A stretch of DNA of 64,000 nt from Ginglymostoma cirratum (GCA_024137785.1 JAHRHZ010000144.1:80299606-80363605); one strand, 5' to 3'; positions 13,256-27,300 are shown, numbered from the stretch's first letter. Numbers and translations: made by a program. The notes: a model not told the origin generated them from the sequence alone.

Positions 13256-14066
13256 TTGGAAGCAGTGCAGGTTAGCAAGTGCAGGGTATGATTGGCGAGT
13301 AGGGTTTGTTGCAAATTAGGATATGTATAGCAGAGTTTTGAATAAAATTAATTTTATAGGAGTTGTTGACTAACCAAGCATTGGAGATAGCATTAGAAAA
13401 TACAAATGTAGAAGAAAACCATAACTCATGTTTAAAGGGTGTTTATCATCGGTTTCTTTTTTAATGATGTTTCTTCTGAGCTGTGCAAGTGCTGTGCAGT
13501 GTTCTGGAACATTACCAAGAGAAATTATGGGGAAATTATAAGTTTCAATTATGCAATGTGTCACAGTACATGTATCCAAATCTTGGAATGGAGTCAAACT
13601 CACAACCTCTGGTCTAGAGTTGACAGTACTCACAACAGTACTTAAATTGTTTTTCAGTAAGTGATTTTTCCAGACAGTTTATATTCAATTGTATGAGTAT
13701 TTCTGAGTAAGCTTCCTACAAATATGATTGCATTTGAAATCTAATTTTTGTTTAGTCTTCTAGGTTGGCAAGTTTTGTTTTGTGATAGCTTTGACCAATG
13801 CGTTTAAGGGTTTCATGGAGCCCACTAGTGTCTTTTGGTGGAAGTAATGTGATTGCTGTCAATGTGTTGCCGTGATTTTGATAGACTGAGTATAAATGAC
13901 GTGACAGAATAAAAAATATTCTGCTGGCTGCAAAAGGAATAGCAAAATTTTAAGTTTTAAATTGACTATTTTACTAAAAGCAGTGTGAAACCTGTTAATT
14001 TATCAATAGTAAAATCTATTTTATAATTAAGACTCAAATATTCATAACCAGAACAACAATTCACGA

Positions 14067-14579
14067 GATAATAGGTACTGCAGATGCTGGAGAATCCGAG
14101 ATAACAAGGTGTGGAGCTGGATGAACACAGCGGGCCAAGCAGCATCCTNNNNNNNNNNNNNNNNNNNNNNNNNNNNNNNNNNNNNNNNNNNNNNNNNNNN
14201 NNNNNNNNNNNNNNNNNNNNNNNNNNNNNNNNNNNNNNNNNNNNNNNNNNNNNNNNNNNNNNNNNNNNNNNNNNNNNNNNNNNNNNNNNNNNNNNNNNNN
14301 NNNNNNNNNNNNNNNNNNNNNNNNNNNNNNNNNNNNNNNNNNNNNNNNNNNNNNNNNNNNNNNNNNNNNNNNNNNNNNNNNNNNNNNNNNNNNNNNNNNN
14401 NNNNNNNNNNNNNNNNNNNNNNNNNNNNNNNNNNNNNNNNNNNNNNNNNNNNNNNNNNNNNNNNNNNNNNNNNNNNNNNNNNNNNNNNNNNNNNNNNNNN
14501 NNNNNNNNNNNNNNNNNNNNNNNNNNNNNNNNNNNNNNNNNNNNNNNNGCTGTGTTCATCCAGCTCCACACCTTGTTAT
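14067..14579. mobile_element. Palindromic PLE-end element, family A, spanning an assembly gap
   Basis: Inverted arms on either side of 400 N (14149-14548); 13-bp direct repeat caacaattcacga at 14054-14066 and 14580-14592. Confidence 0.8.
14149..14548. other. Assembly gap (400 N)
   Basis: Run of N. Confidence 0.99.
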
Positions 14580-15076
14580 CAACAATTCACGATTTGATTC
14601 AAGGCTTGCTTTCTCTCTACCTTCCTTCATGTTCCTATTTCTCCTTTTTCCTTGGTGAGGGGAAAATGGAGTTCTTTGAATGAACTTTACAGTTATAAAA
14701 GATGATGCAGGTTAGCATATGGAGCTAAAATGGAACAAGAGACAAAAATTGAACACACTGACTAAGCAGTAATATTGATAAAGTATGCGCGAGAGCTCAG
14801 AGGGACAATTCTTCAGATTATTAATTTGGCCATCTGCTTAGAACTCAAAGGTTTCAAGCTTCCTAGATTTGGGGTAGGGCTGGCATAACATATAAAAGCA
14901 GTGTTTAAGACTGTATGAAGAGTTAAGATTTGATGGGAAAAGAGCTGTGGAACATAAAAGAGGAAACTGAGCTGTTTGGCGGCAAGTTTGGTCTCTTTCA
15001 TGTTGGAACAGTTGATAATGTTTGTAATGTTAATAGCTGAAGGATGGAGCCATTAAAGACTAGAAATGCTATCTCA

Positions 15077-15265
15077 GCGATAGCAAGAACTGCAGATGCT
15101 GGAGTCAGAGATAACACAGTGTGGAGCTGGAGGAACACAGCAGTCTGGCCTCATCAGAGGAGCAAGAAAGTTGACGTTTTGGGCAGGGACCCTTCAGAAA
15201 ATGGAGAAGGGTCCTGGCCCGAAACATCAACTTTCCTGCCGCTCTGATGCTGCCTGGCCTGCTGT
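15077..15265. mobile_element. Palindromic element, family A
   Basis: gcgatagcaagaactgcagatgctgg...gacccttcagaaaatggagaagggtc..cccgaaacatc inverted structure. Confidence 0.8.
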
Positions 15266-18200
15266 TGTGTCTTTAGAAATAATAACTGTTGTTTGAAAAG
15301 TATTGAAAGTAAACCATGCTTTGAAGAACTGAAGTAAGACTTCTTGCTCCATAGCTGCTCTTGTCTGGAAATCTGTCTTTGTCATCTATCTTGTACCATT
15401 CTGTCGCATCACTTGTAACTTGTTTGCCATCACTGTTTGACATCCATCATCCAATGATGTCTGTATCCACCCCTGTTTTCTGCTTCCCTCCACTTTGTCC
15501 TGTAAAAGACATCCAGTAGCTTTTCAGCCGGGATGGAATGACTGAAATATTGACAGTCTTCCCCACTGTCATTTTTAAAAAATTCTTCTACTCTTGCAAT
15601 TTTTCAAATTCTTCTTCATTTATATTATGGTTTGTATATGGAATGTTTAGCATTAGTTTTTGCATCCACTTTTCAAAAGTCAGTGTTCTTCCATAGATCT
15701 TTCATATTGTCCATGTTTCTGAGGCATGCAGGAAAATGAGTAGATTGTAGCATGTTGCATATGACAAGGAGAAAGCAAGCTCGAGTTTTCTTTCTGACAC
15801 ACTTTTCATTTTGATAAAATTACTTCTGGTATCTCTCCTCCTCCAAACTTCTGCATCAGAGCAGCCACCTTCAGTATTCATTTGTGCTAAATTTGCAAAC
15901 CTATTTGTGTTCCAGTGGACAGTGTTTCTCTAGTTTCTTCAAATGTATTCCTCCATTTACCATTGTAAGGATCTGTAATATGAAGAAACTGAATGGAGAA
16001 TGTTGTTGACACACAGATCAGCAAGCACTGGGATGATGGATATGAATGTTTCTTTCACTGTTTAAAGAATAGTGGTACCAGTCAGACAGATTATTGAATT
16101 TAATTGATGGTTGTAGCTGTGATAGATTTTGTGTAAGAATTTTGTCAGCCCATGGTAAGATGGCTTGAGGTTGGGGCCTGTAAAATGGGGGTTAGTGGAT
16201 GTGGGAGAGAAAGCTGCACTGGATTCCCTTCCTAACTAATTCTCACATCAGAATTTCAATGACATCATCTGTACTGATCTCTGGCTTCCTGTCGCAAAGG
16301 AGTGGGATGCAAATTTAAATGTTCAGCTACCTTATTAAGGGTCATGTTATCAGGCTATTGGCATTTGCTGGATGGAAGGATACCAGCTGAAGGCTGGGAG
16401 CCTCCTGGCAGAGCAACAGGAGGAATGTGTTTTTTCACTCAAATTGAGAGCTACAAATAAGGAATGCAGCCACCCACTTTTTTTTTGCAACTAATGAATG
16501 TGCTGCTACTAGTAAAGTGTGGGGAGAGACCTACTGGGTGCCTAAGCATGTTACCAAGACACATTTCTGCCTGTTAATCGGTCTTTAACTATTTCTGGCG
16601 TTGGATTCAAATGTGTTAGGAATATATCAGGATGCCTTCTGCTACAATTATAACAGAAGGGAAGAGAGACCATCAAAAATTTTTAGAATTCAGTGTAGAA
16701 AACCTTTTGTCATCTGCTCCTTTTGATTTGGCCAGCATAAAGTTAGCGGTTTTTAATGTTCATTTGGTTAAATTATCAGTTGTGCACAATTATGTGTTCA
16801 ATAGTTACCCACAGTTTCCTCTTTATAAAGAGCCCTTCAGGATTGAACATGATTAGTGTTATTTTCATTCAAAGGGTTCTTAGCTGATAATTCCAATGCC
16901 TTGTTTGCAGACTCTGCCATAGGTGGGGAAGATGATGTTTGAAGGATTGGGTCAAATTTTTTAGTTTGTGTTGGGTGTGTTTGTTTGTTATTTCTTTTGG
17001 GGAGCTTTGTGTGCTTCCTCTGACATCTTTCCACTTTCCCAACAAAGTTTCGGTGTGTTTTGTGTTTTCCTGAATCTGCCTTCATTTTGACTGGTCATAA
17101 ATTAGAGTGCGCCATGAGTTAGTGGGTTTATTTGTCCTCCTTAGGAGTGCTTTGACAACGTCCCTAAAATATTTCTGTTGTTGTTGTTCTCAGGTTCTGT
17201 TGTTGCAACTAAATACCAAGTAGTGTAATTGCTTTGAATGCCTGGTATCAGGCACACTTTCAGGCATACTCGGGCAGACATGTCTCACCAGCAGAGCTGA
17301 TTTTGAGTGATTAGTGCCTTGCTGTTGGGCAGTTGCCTTGGGAGAGGATATTGCTGTTGGGACTGCCTTTTGTACCATGTCTGGTGGTACTTCAGCACTG
17401 GAGATGTACCCACATAATCCTAAAAGCTTGAATTGTTCATTGAAGAATGCGCTGTCTCTCTCCAAATTCTGTTCAGAGTTTGATAATTACAGTAATCGAA
17501 CGTATTTCTGTTTCATGCTAATAACATTTCATTATGACACTCTGGTAACACTAATCTTTGGGAAAGATTAGTGCCTGTGGGTAAATGTATCTTGCTAAGT
17601 TATGACATGGGATGATGGATGACTGAGGTAGGTGTAAAATGAGGTCACTGCCAATAGCTGAGCATTACGTTCTTTTGCTGTTTCATCTGGTGCTGAAATA
17701 TGCAGCATTGTAACAAAAATGCCATGGCTTTGGTTAGTTTTTCTCCTTTGTATTTAAGTATTTGCACGAAATTTTAATGGTATTATTGATGCTGTGGACA
17801 CTTTTTTTATATTGTTCTTTCTGTTTTAAGTGGGGTATCTCTTCTTTAACCGATATAACAACTTCTTGTTTTCATTGAACCGAGCACCATTTCCAGGCCA
17901 AGGAAACAGGTATTCCTGGTTATCTGCACACACTATATTTTCTTGCTGGCTGTTAAAGAATATAATTTCTGTTTTAACATTGGTACACTGTCAGATTTTG
18001 ATTTCAAAAACAAATGTCAGAAAAATATTGCTTCAGTCGTGAAAGGAGTATTATTCAGAAGAAAGTATTCATTTCCTAATTGATGTTGGGGAGTACAAGA
18101 GCAAAAAGTAATTTTTAAATCCTGTAATAAAATTGCTCTGCCTAGATCTTTTGAAAATATCTTGAATGCATCTAACTTATAGCTTTTCACAAATATCAAA

Positions 18201-19139
18201 ATTGTTTGCTGTTGCTCTACATCTGTGTTGCTAATTTTAGGCCCGCGCTCTGTTCTCTAATGGTATAATCGATGTGCTTAGGTGCATACATTAATTTTCT
18301 TAAATGCAGTGCTAAGCTGTGTTTCGAAATAACTATAATTTCTTCCTTGACAAAACAGGTAAAGTTGCTTGCCTGTGTTGCTCATTTTCACTCCCTCTTT
18401 GAATGGAATGCAAAACTGGGACATCTGACTTGCCTCAAATTAGTGGTTGTATCATCAAAACTCTGTTATGCATGTGCTGAGCAATGTCGTTAATCGGGTC
18501 AAACATTTGACTATCCCTTACTTATTTTGAGTTAATTTAGGTCTACAGTTTTGTTTAATGGCTTTGTAAGGTCTGGGTTGCAAGGTGCAAATTGGGAAAC
18601 TTTAAGTTGGATGTGCAACTTTCATATAAAACTAATTATTTTTGACTTTCTTTAGGATTAGATAATACAAATATTGGATTCATTGTATTTCCTTTTTGAG
18701 ATAAGCTGCTTGCAATTTGTTCTTTGACTCATTTTACTCAAATGAGTACCATGGACACTGTAGTGACAGAGTGTGGCTTTATTGTTAAGTTTTTGTGTAA
18801 TTAGGACATCTCAAGCTATGTTCTAACCAGTGAACCGTGCTGGGAATGGCATGCACAGATCCTTCAAGTGGCTGCGCACCCACCCAGCTTGGAGGAAATG
18901 TTGCTCCAGTTGCATTAGAAAAGAGACTTGAATAGCATTTTTAAAGACAACCACTCTTTTTAAAAAAAAAAAATGACTGACTTGCTTTGTATTCCCTCTG
19001 TTAGGTAATAGAATCAAAAATTGAGTGTGGGTGAGAATGCAGAATTCAAAATGCAAACAGATCAGCCATGATATTACTTAATGGTGGAGCAGACTTGAGG
19101 GGCCAATTTGCACACTCATATGGTCACAACTCAGGACTT

Positions 19140-19525
19140 CCTAAAACCTTCAGGAGCCCTGACATACTTTCAAAGTGTGGTCACTGTAGGAAAGTGGGAA
19201 ACATGGTGGCCAATGTATGTGCAACAAGCTCCCACAGAGAGCAGTGTGCCAAGGACCAGAATTTTTTTTTTTGTTGTTGTTGCTGATTGAGGGATAAATA
19301 TTGACCAGGACTGCAGGAATAACTCCCCTGTTCTTAGATATGAGCAATTCTATGGTAATATTTCAAAAGAAGCCAAGACATTTCAGTTGAAATGTCTTGA
19401 TCAGGTGAGACATCTTCAGTAGTGCAACTCTCCCCTGGTATCTCCAGTAGTTTTTGTGGTTAAGCCACTGGAATGGGAGTTGAACTTGCAGCCTTGAGTC
19501 AGAAGCAATTGAGACACAGCTGGCA
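19140..19525 (-). mobile_element. Deu-domain SINE (SacSINE1/AmnSINE1-like), degenerate
   Basis: The - strand reads ...caggggagttattcctgcagtcctggtcaatatttatccctcaatcagc...tgtgggagcttgttgcac..., the Deu core as recalled. Confidence 0.7.
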
Positions 19526-21439
19526 TTACATGAAGTATTTTAAGGTAGGTAGAGATGTGGTAGGGGAAAAGGGATTTGGGATTGGATTTTTACTAATGGG
19601 AACAAGACCTGACAGTGACTAGCCACCACTGATGTGGTAGAGTTCGTGAAACGTGCAAAAATTGGGAAACGGTTTGAGGTATTTGAAGACCAGTACAACG
19701 GTTTATAAATTTTTGTGCTGGGAGATCTAAACCAGTACAAAATATAAAAGGTATGATAAGTGGGTTAAAATTTTGTGTAGACTAGAGCTATGATTAATGG
19801 CTCAGTTGTGAGTGAGTCTGAGTTAGGGTATATTGGGACTTGAGACACTGGGAAGGTGTGATAATAGTGGAGTTGAGAAGTGACAAAGACATGGCTGATA
19901 GTTTACCATGTGGTCTGAAAGGGATGGAGATGGATGATTTTTCTTTTGCAACAATGTGCCATCTTGGCAATGGGCTGCATTTGAGAATTACATTGTACAT
20001 CTGGCACAGAAATGGGCTTTTAAGTCCCACCTGTGCATGCTGCTGTTTGTATGCTACTTAAACCTCCCCCATCCTTTTTCGCCATTTTTCCCCCCCCCAC
20101 CCTAAATCTGCCAATATAACCACCTATTCCTTCATCCTTTAAGTGCTTATTTGATTTTCTTATAAATGCATCCATGCAATTGTTGCAAGTCCCACATTCT
20201 TCCTGAAAAGAGTCATACCAGATTCACAGTGTAAACCATTCATCCCTCTCGGGATGATGCCAGACCTGCTGAATTTGCCTAGCATTCTATTTGTTCCACA
20301 TTCTTCCAACTGTCTTGGGTCCAGAGGTTTCTTCTAAATCCTTTATTGGGTTTTTTGACAGCAGTCTTGTATCCTGATCTCTGGTCATGTTCCCACTCAT
20401 AAGGGGAAACATTCTTTCTACAGTCACCCCCTCAAACCATAATTTTAAAGGCTACTGGTTGTTCACCCTTGGACCTTTTTAAGAGGATAGAGACCCAGTC
20501 AGTCAATCCTTTCCTGAAATGTATACCCAGATGTTTCTACTATCATCCTTGTCAGTCTTCTTCATACCCTCTTCTGTGTCTCTATCCATGCGTGTGTACA
20601 ACATTGTTCAGTATAACTTGCTACTTTGCAATTCTGTTTATTTAGAAATAAATACCAGTTCATGCAAACTGAGGTATGTGGCACTGAATGAGCTAGAGGA
20701 TAAATCCAAGAAGGGGTCTGAGATTTTAATGGACCTAAACAGTTAATATTGTTACAACTTTATCATTAACGTGGACCAATAGGAAATTTAAAGTACAGGG
20801 GCAATTTGATTTTGAAAGCAGCTTTGGAAGTGAGTTTAGTATTGAAGAGAGAAAACCTTAATATGCATGTGAGAGCTGTAAGGCACTTTGCCTTTGCTCT
20901 AGATTTTAAATTTGCAGTTACAAAGACCTGCATTTAATGTTCAAAACTGTGGTTTGGCTGACTATTCTGAAAGGTATCTTTGGAGTCTGCTGATGTTTCA
21001 AAGCAGGGAGTTATTTGTAATCTATTTTAAAACACAAAAAGATGCATTGAAGGTAGCAAGAAAACAAAAGTTAATCGTTGGTTGGTAAGTTCTGGTTCAG
21101 CAGAGATGAGATATTTCACTAGGTTATTATAGACTACCAGATCAACATGTATAGTGTTGGTATATTCCTGTTTTGTTGCCAATCAGATAGAATTTCAAAA
21201 ATATTTTTAATGCTACAAACACTTACCTGACTAAGAGTCAAAATATACTTGCGACTGAAATGTGAACCATGTGCTATTCAAAATTTGAAATTCTTCTGTC
21301 GAGAATATGAATTTTTAAGAGTTGAGACAGTCTTGCCTTTCTCTCCATTTATGACAATGTCATTTGTCTCTATTTGCTGTTTTAATGCGTTTGTCTCCGT
21401 AAATAACTTATTCAAATCTTATTTCAAAATATCTAGAAT

Positions 21440-22580
21440 TAAGAACATGGGGAGGATGAATAAGCCACTCTGCCCTCAATCCTGATTCACCATTTAACAT
21501 TATCATGGCAGATCCGTCCCAGGCTTCAGCAGTTGTTCATGACAGCTAATCAGAGCCCTCAACTCCCCTTCTACCTCCTGTTTTTGCCTCTACAATTCCC
21601 TGGCATAGAGAATTCCAGACATTAATTATCTTCTGAGATTGAGTATCCCCTTATTCCATAACTGTGTTCCTGAGTGCAAGATTTCCCCCACACGTGGAAA
21701 CATCTTATCGACATCTACCCTATCAAGTCCCCTCTGAGTCTTGTATATTACAATAAGATAATTTATTGTTCTTTGTAAAGTCCAGTAAATCAGGGCCTAA
21801 TCTTTTTAACTGATCTTGATAAGCCAACTCCTTCAATCCTGGAGTCGGCCCAGTGAGCTTGTTTTCAACTGCCTCCAATGCTATTATGTCTGTTCTTGTA
21901 TATGGGGACCAAAACTCTGTACAGTGACCTCAGCCTCCGCAGCTGTAACAAGACTTGACTATCTTTAAACCTCAGTCTCCTGGACGAGTAAGATTTTGAT
22001 TTGAATAATGAGGGGCAAAGATAGTATTATGCTTCGCTGGGTAGCATGCTGGAAATCCAGCCCCGTTATTCCCAGAGATGTTATGAAAATTAAACGTTTC
22101 AGTAAATATACTGAATTCCCGAATTTACCTCTCTTTTAGACCCAGGTTGACAGATAGCATGGGCCAGGCTTCTGCATTTAATAAATGTTGTAACTTTACC
22201 TGCGTCTACCACTTCCTCTGGCTCTTAATTCCATATATGAGCCATCCTCTATGTGGGAAAAAGTTGACCCTTGAGTCCCTTTTTAATTCCTTTGCCTCTT
22301 GCCTTAAAAAATATGTCCCATAGTTTTGAACTCACCCACCCAAGGGAAAAGACCTTTGCTATTCATTTTATCTGTGCCCCTCCATGATTTTGCAAACCTC
22401 TATAAGGTCACTCCTCAACCTGCTATGCTCCCGTGAAAAAAGTCTGAGCTCATGAAGCCTCTCCTTATAACTCAAACTCTTCAGTACTGGCAACATTCTT
22501 GTAAATCTCGCTTGAACCCTATCCAGTTTAATAATATCCTTCCTACAGCAGGGCAACCAGAACTGTATGTAGTACTGCAT
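21440..22580 (-). mobile_element. Two CR1 3' fragments
   Basis: IQFWLPCCRKDIIKLDRVQARFTRMLP (22368-22598) and a more degenerate copy at 21440-21980. Confidence 0.75.
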
Positions 22581-22587
22581 ACATACA

Positions 22588-22720
22588 GTGGGAGGCAACG
22601 GCCTAGTAGTATTATCACTGGACTGTTAATTCAGAGACCTAGGTAATTTTCTGGATAACTAGGTTTGAACCCCGCAGACAGTGGAGCTTGAATTCAATAA
22701 ATATCTGGAATTAAGAGTCT
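22588..22720 (+). mobile_element. 5' part of second-family SINE
   Basis: gggaggcaacggcctagtagtattatcactggactgttaattcagagacc head. Confidence 0.7.
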
Positions 22721-23609
22721 GTGCAGTTTCCAGATGCCACACTCCTGCAGCTGAACTGTCACCAACCTTTTAACGCAGTGAGTAAAAGCTATGCATATTT
22801 AATATTGCTGCTCTTTTGTAGTCCCTCAATCAAAATCCCTGAACTCCCTTCCTAACCGCTGCAGTGGGGTGTCATTACTGCGGCAGTTGAAGAAGGCAAT
22901 TCAACCACCAGGACCATTAAGGATAACCAATGGATGTTAGCTCAGCCAGAGAAGCCCACATTCCATGAACAAATTTTAAAAAAGTTAGATCCTTCTTCAA
23001 AAGTTTAACTTGATGCAGGAAACAGATTGTCAGCATATTGAAAAAAATAAGACCATACGAATTAGGAACGGGAGTAGGCCATTCGGCCACTTGAACCTGT
23101 TCATCCATTCAGTAGGATCATTCGTTTATTTTCCTCCCCTTCTGTCTATAAGCAAAGTGGTTTAATTTTGAATAGGCTGTATCTATTCTTGTCATTCTTG
23201 ACAATGACTCTCAAGTTTCGTTAAGGCCTATTACTTATTCACACACAAACATATGCACACAAGAAAAGAAAACATTTTACACCCAAGAATAAATTACAAC
23301 ACAGGTATAGATATTGTGTCACATGAATCAGTAAGGGTTCCTACCCTAAGGGGTTGAAGTCCAGGCAAAGTGGCAGAGTTTGCAGAATTCCTTTGAAGTT
23401 TGTGACAATGAAGAATGAGATTTGTAGAGTGGCAACTAATTTTACTTTTGTGATGAATCCTGGAATCGTTTGCAACTAGGTTTTGAGGAGACATGTATGG
23501 CAGACAGGCTTCCTTCAATCTAGAGTGCTTGCTGTTCTAATATTAAAAGCAAGCTCATACAAGGGTTGAGAAATGTACAACTGAAATTCTTCACAGAGCA
23601 GAGAAGATA

Positions 23610-23898
23610 GAATTATAGAATTTCTGTAGTGTGGAAGCAGGCCATCAGGTCCACACTGACCCTTTGAATAGCATCCCACCCAGATCCACCCTAGCCTGCA
23701 CAGCTCTGGAAACTATGGGCAATTTAGCATGGCCAGTCCACCTAACCTACACATCTTTGTACTGTGGGAGGAAACCAGAGCACCCAAAGGAAACCAGACA
23801 GACATGGGTAGAATATGCAACGGACAGTCACGTGAGATTGGCATCAGATCCGGGTCCCTGGTGCTATGAGGCAGTAGTGCTAACCACTGTGCCACCAT
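23610..23898 (-). mobile_element. HE1-like SINE
   Basis: Homologous to 1889-2226; head GGTGGCACAGTGGTTAGCACT on the - strand. Confidence 0.8.
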
Positions 23899-24121
23899 AC
23901 GTGGCAGTGTTCATGGATAAGTCAATTTTTTAAAACTCATTTATGGGATATGGCATTTCTGACTAGGCCAGCATATTTTGCCCCAACTATCCTTGTGAAG
24001 GTAGTGAATAGCTGCTTTCTTGAACAGTTTCAGACAGTGTGGTGTGGGTATGCTCATTGTGCTGTTTGGGATGGCATTCCATGATTTTTAAAGCAGCAAC
24101 AGCATAGGACCAATGATATAT

Positions 24122-24470
24122 GGGGAGGTGATGGCCTAGTGGGTTTATCGCTGGACTGTTAATCCAGAAACCCAGATACCATTCTAGGGACCTGGGTTCA
24201 AATTCCGCCATGGCAGATGGTGGAATTTAAATTCAATAAAATACCTGGATTAAGAATCTAATGATGACCGTGAATTAGTTGTTGGGAAAAACCCATCTGG
24301 CTCACGAATGTCCTTTAGGGAAGGAAACTGCCATCCTTACCTGGTCTGGCCCACGTGTGACTCCAGACCCACAGCAGTGTGGTTGACCCTGAACTGCCCT
24401 CTGGGCAGTTAGGGTTGGGCAGTAAATGCTGCCTAGCCAGCGATGCTCTCATCCTGTGAATAAATTTTTT
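24122..24470 (+). mobile_element. tRNA-derived SINE, second family (~350-390 bp)
   Basis: GGGGAGGTGATGGCCTAGTGG A-box, GGGTTCAAATTCC B-box, conserved body; other copies at 8575, 22588 and 54868. Confidence 0.8.
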
Positions 24471-24754
24471 TAAAAAATGGCCTCACCAATGTCCTGCACA
24501 ACTTCAACATGGTGTACCAACTGTTAGACACAGTTATGAGTAATGAAGGCAAGCATGCTTAGCGCCTTCTTAACCAAACTGTCTACCTGCAATGCAACTT
24601 TCAAAGAACTATTGTATGTGAACTCCGAGGTCTTTTTGTTCAACAACATCACTCAGGCCCTAACGTTAACTGTACGAGCCCTGTCCTTGTTTGTTTTACC
24701 AAAAGTGTGTAAGAATGAGCCGTAGCATGGACAAAACTGAGCACATTTAATGCA

Positions 24755-25645
24755 TTTGGGTGGGAGGGTGAACTGTGATGAGGATGCAGAGATCGTTCAA
24801 GCATGATCTGGATAGTTTGGGTGAGTGGGCAAATCAGTGGCGGATGCAGTATAATTTGGATAAGTGAGGTTACTCACTTTGGAAGCATTACTACCTGAAT
24901 GGCTGTAAATTGGGAGAGGGGAGTGTGTAGCAGGATCCAGGTGTCTTTGTGCACCGATTGCTAAATGTATGCAGGTGCAGCAGGCGGTAAAGAAGGCAAA
25001 TGGTATATTGGCCTTCGTTGTGAGAGGTTTCGAGTACAAGAGCAGGGATGTGTTATTACAGTTATGCAGGGCCTTGCTAAGGCCACACCTGCAGTATTGT
25101 GTGCAGTTTTGGCCGCCTCTTCTGAAGAAGAATGCTCTTGCACTTGAGTGCAGCGAAGGTTTACCAGGCTGATTCTGGGGATGGTGGGGCTGATGTCTGA
25201 GGAGAGATTGACTGACAATTTTTGGATGTTTTTGCTGGAGTTCAGATGAATGAGGCGGAGGGGGGTGGGGAGGGGAGATCTCATAGAGACTTAAAATTCT
25301 TACTGGACTTGACAGGGTAGACGCAGGGTCGGTGTGTTCAGAACCAGGGGTCACAATAGGAGGATTCAGGGTAGACTATTTCGGACGGAGATGAGGAGAT
25401 ATTTCTTCAACCCAATAGTGGTGAGCCTGTGGAATTCATTACCACATGAAGTAGTTCATGATAAACAATGAATGCGTTCAAGAGGTGGCGAGATATAGCA
25501 CTTTGGGCAAATGGGATCAAAGGTTATGGGGAGAAAGCAGGATTAGGCTATTGAGTTGGACGATCAGCCATGATTATGATGAATGGCAGAGCAGGCTCAA
25601 AGGGCTGAATGGCCTGATCCTGCTCCTTTCTTTGTTTCTATGTAT
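24755..25645 (+). mobile_element. CR1 LINE 3' fragment
   Basis: [43 protein letters not shown]; tail tttctatgtatgtttcta. Confidence 0.88.
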
Positions 25646-25920
25646 GTTTCTACATAAAATTTAAATTTGGCATTTCTTTACGTTGTTAATGACTGCATAT
25701 CAAAAATTAATTGATGGTAAAGCACGTTGAGATATCATGAATTTGTGAATGGTGTTATAAATATTAATCTGCTTATTTGTTCCTGTTGTGTCCGATTTGG
25801 GCACAGAATGTGTCCTCTTTGGGCTGTTAATCATGAAAGTAAATTCTTCCACCTTTTAGTTTTTCATTTCTTTGCTCCTTTTGGACAAACACACGGAAAA
25901 ACTAGCATGAATACGGTAAA

Positions 25921-26124
25921 AACCAGAAGAACTGTGGATGCTGTAAATCAGGAACAAAAACAAAGTTGCTGGAAAAGCTCAGCAGGTTTGGCAGTATCTG
26001 TGAAGGAAAAAAACAGAGTTAACATTTCAAGTCCGGTGACCCTTCCTCAGAACTTCTCAGGAACTGTTCTGAGGAAGGGTCACTGGACTGAAACGTTAAC
26101 TCTTTTTTTTTTTTTCCTTCACAG
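25921..26124. mobile_element. Palindromic element, family B, with a hammerhead-like motif on each strand
   Basis: 14-bp TSD atgaatacggtaaa (25907-25920, 26125-26138); CTGAGGA-A-GGGTC..GAC-GAAA.GTT on both strands. Confidence 0.85.
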
Positions 26125-26565
26125 ATGAATACGGTAAACTTGTCTTCACTGCATGCTGCCAAAAAGTGAAATTACTGCATATAGCTATCTGTCAGTTTGT
26201 ACAAATGTACTAGCCTTCCAAGAATGCCTTAATTGTGCATTCCAAATGCCAAACATCTGGCAGTTTAACCAGTTAATCTTGAGTCATGTTTGCTTTATAT
26301 TTGTCTTTATGTTTGCACGTGGTTTTAAGGCTTAGCAAGTGCAGGTCTTGTAAAGCTTTCGGAATCCCTGTATGTTCTCTGAATGACATTTTGTAAAATG
26401 CATTTTGCTTGTGATCTCAGTTGGTTTGTTGGCTATTTGGAGTTGTTGAAATGTTTTTAGAAGCATGTGCCTCTTGTGTCTGCTTTTTAAAGTTGGTATC
26501 ATAAGTTTATTTGCGACAGAATGATGGATAGTGTGCTGGACAAAAAGTAGAAAAGAATCTGTTTG

Positions 26566-26697
26566 AGAGATAGTAGGAAATGCAGATGCTGGAGAATCTG
26601 AGGTAACAAGGTGTAGAGCTGGATGAACACAGCAGGTGAGGCAGCGTCAGAGGAGCAGGAGAGCTGACGTTTCAGCCTAGACCCTCCCTTCAGAAAA
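26566..26697 (-). mobile_element. Family A half element
   Basis: Same consensus arm; the - strand reads ctgaagggagggtctaggctgaaacgtc. Confidence 0.8.
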
Positions 26698-27180
26698 TTT
26701 TCAGGAGTAGGCCATTCAGTCTGTCGAGCCTGCCTTGCTGTTCAGTATGATTTTGGATGACTGAAGACTTTTTTTTTACCAGCACGGTCCCCATAAGTTT
26801 GTATGTAGAGTTGGTGTTTGTAAAATTGTCTTTTTGGAACTTTGAGAAGTTATTGCATCTTAATACAATGGTGAATATTAAAAAAAAATTTGTAGGTTTG
26901 AACGTTGTACATGCACAATCTGAAATGTTTCTGTATTATTTATTGCATTACAGTTGTCATGTTGGCTGTACCATAGTACAGCAGGTGAAAGGTATAATTG
27001 CTGAAGACAGTAATCAGGTTTAAAATGGTGTGTGGATTTATGTTATCTAAGCAGCTTAGGCTGCCAGTTTATTTCTCCATGTGCAATTGATTTCCCAGTA
27101 GGTTTCTATTTTACCTAAATGAAGACCTATTTCATTCCTACATATTTTAATTATTGTTCGCATTCATATAGCTGTATGAC

Positions 27181-27300
27181 AAGGGTGTCTTGTGGCTTTG
27201 TGGTAGTATCCCTGCCTCTGAACTAGGAGGCCTGTGTTCAAGTCCTACCTGCTCCAGAGGTGTGTATTAAAAATCCCTGAAGAGGTTGATTAGGAAATAT
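27181..27300 (+). mobile_element. Short (~115 bp) tRNA-derived SINE family, representative copy
   Basis: cttgtggc..gtggtagtatccctgcctctg..gttcaagtcctacctgctccagaggtgtgt..aggttgatta. Homologs at ~1525-1633(-), 38478-38585(-), 46755-46860(-), 47035-47145(+), 58928-59010(-), 59305-59365(-) and 59650-59765(-). Confidence 0.7.

Noticed and set aside
13966-14683. Long ORFs of 160-200 aa
   Set aside because: Artefacts of the 400-N gap.
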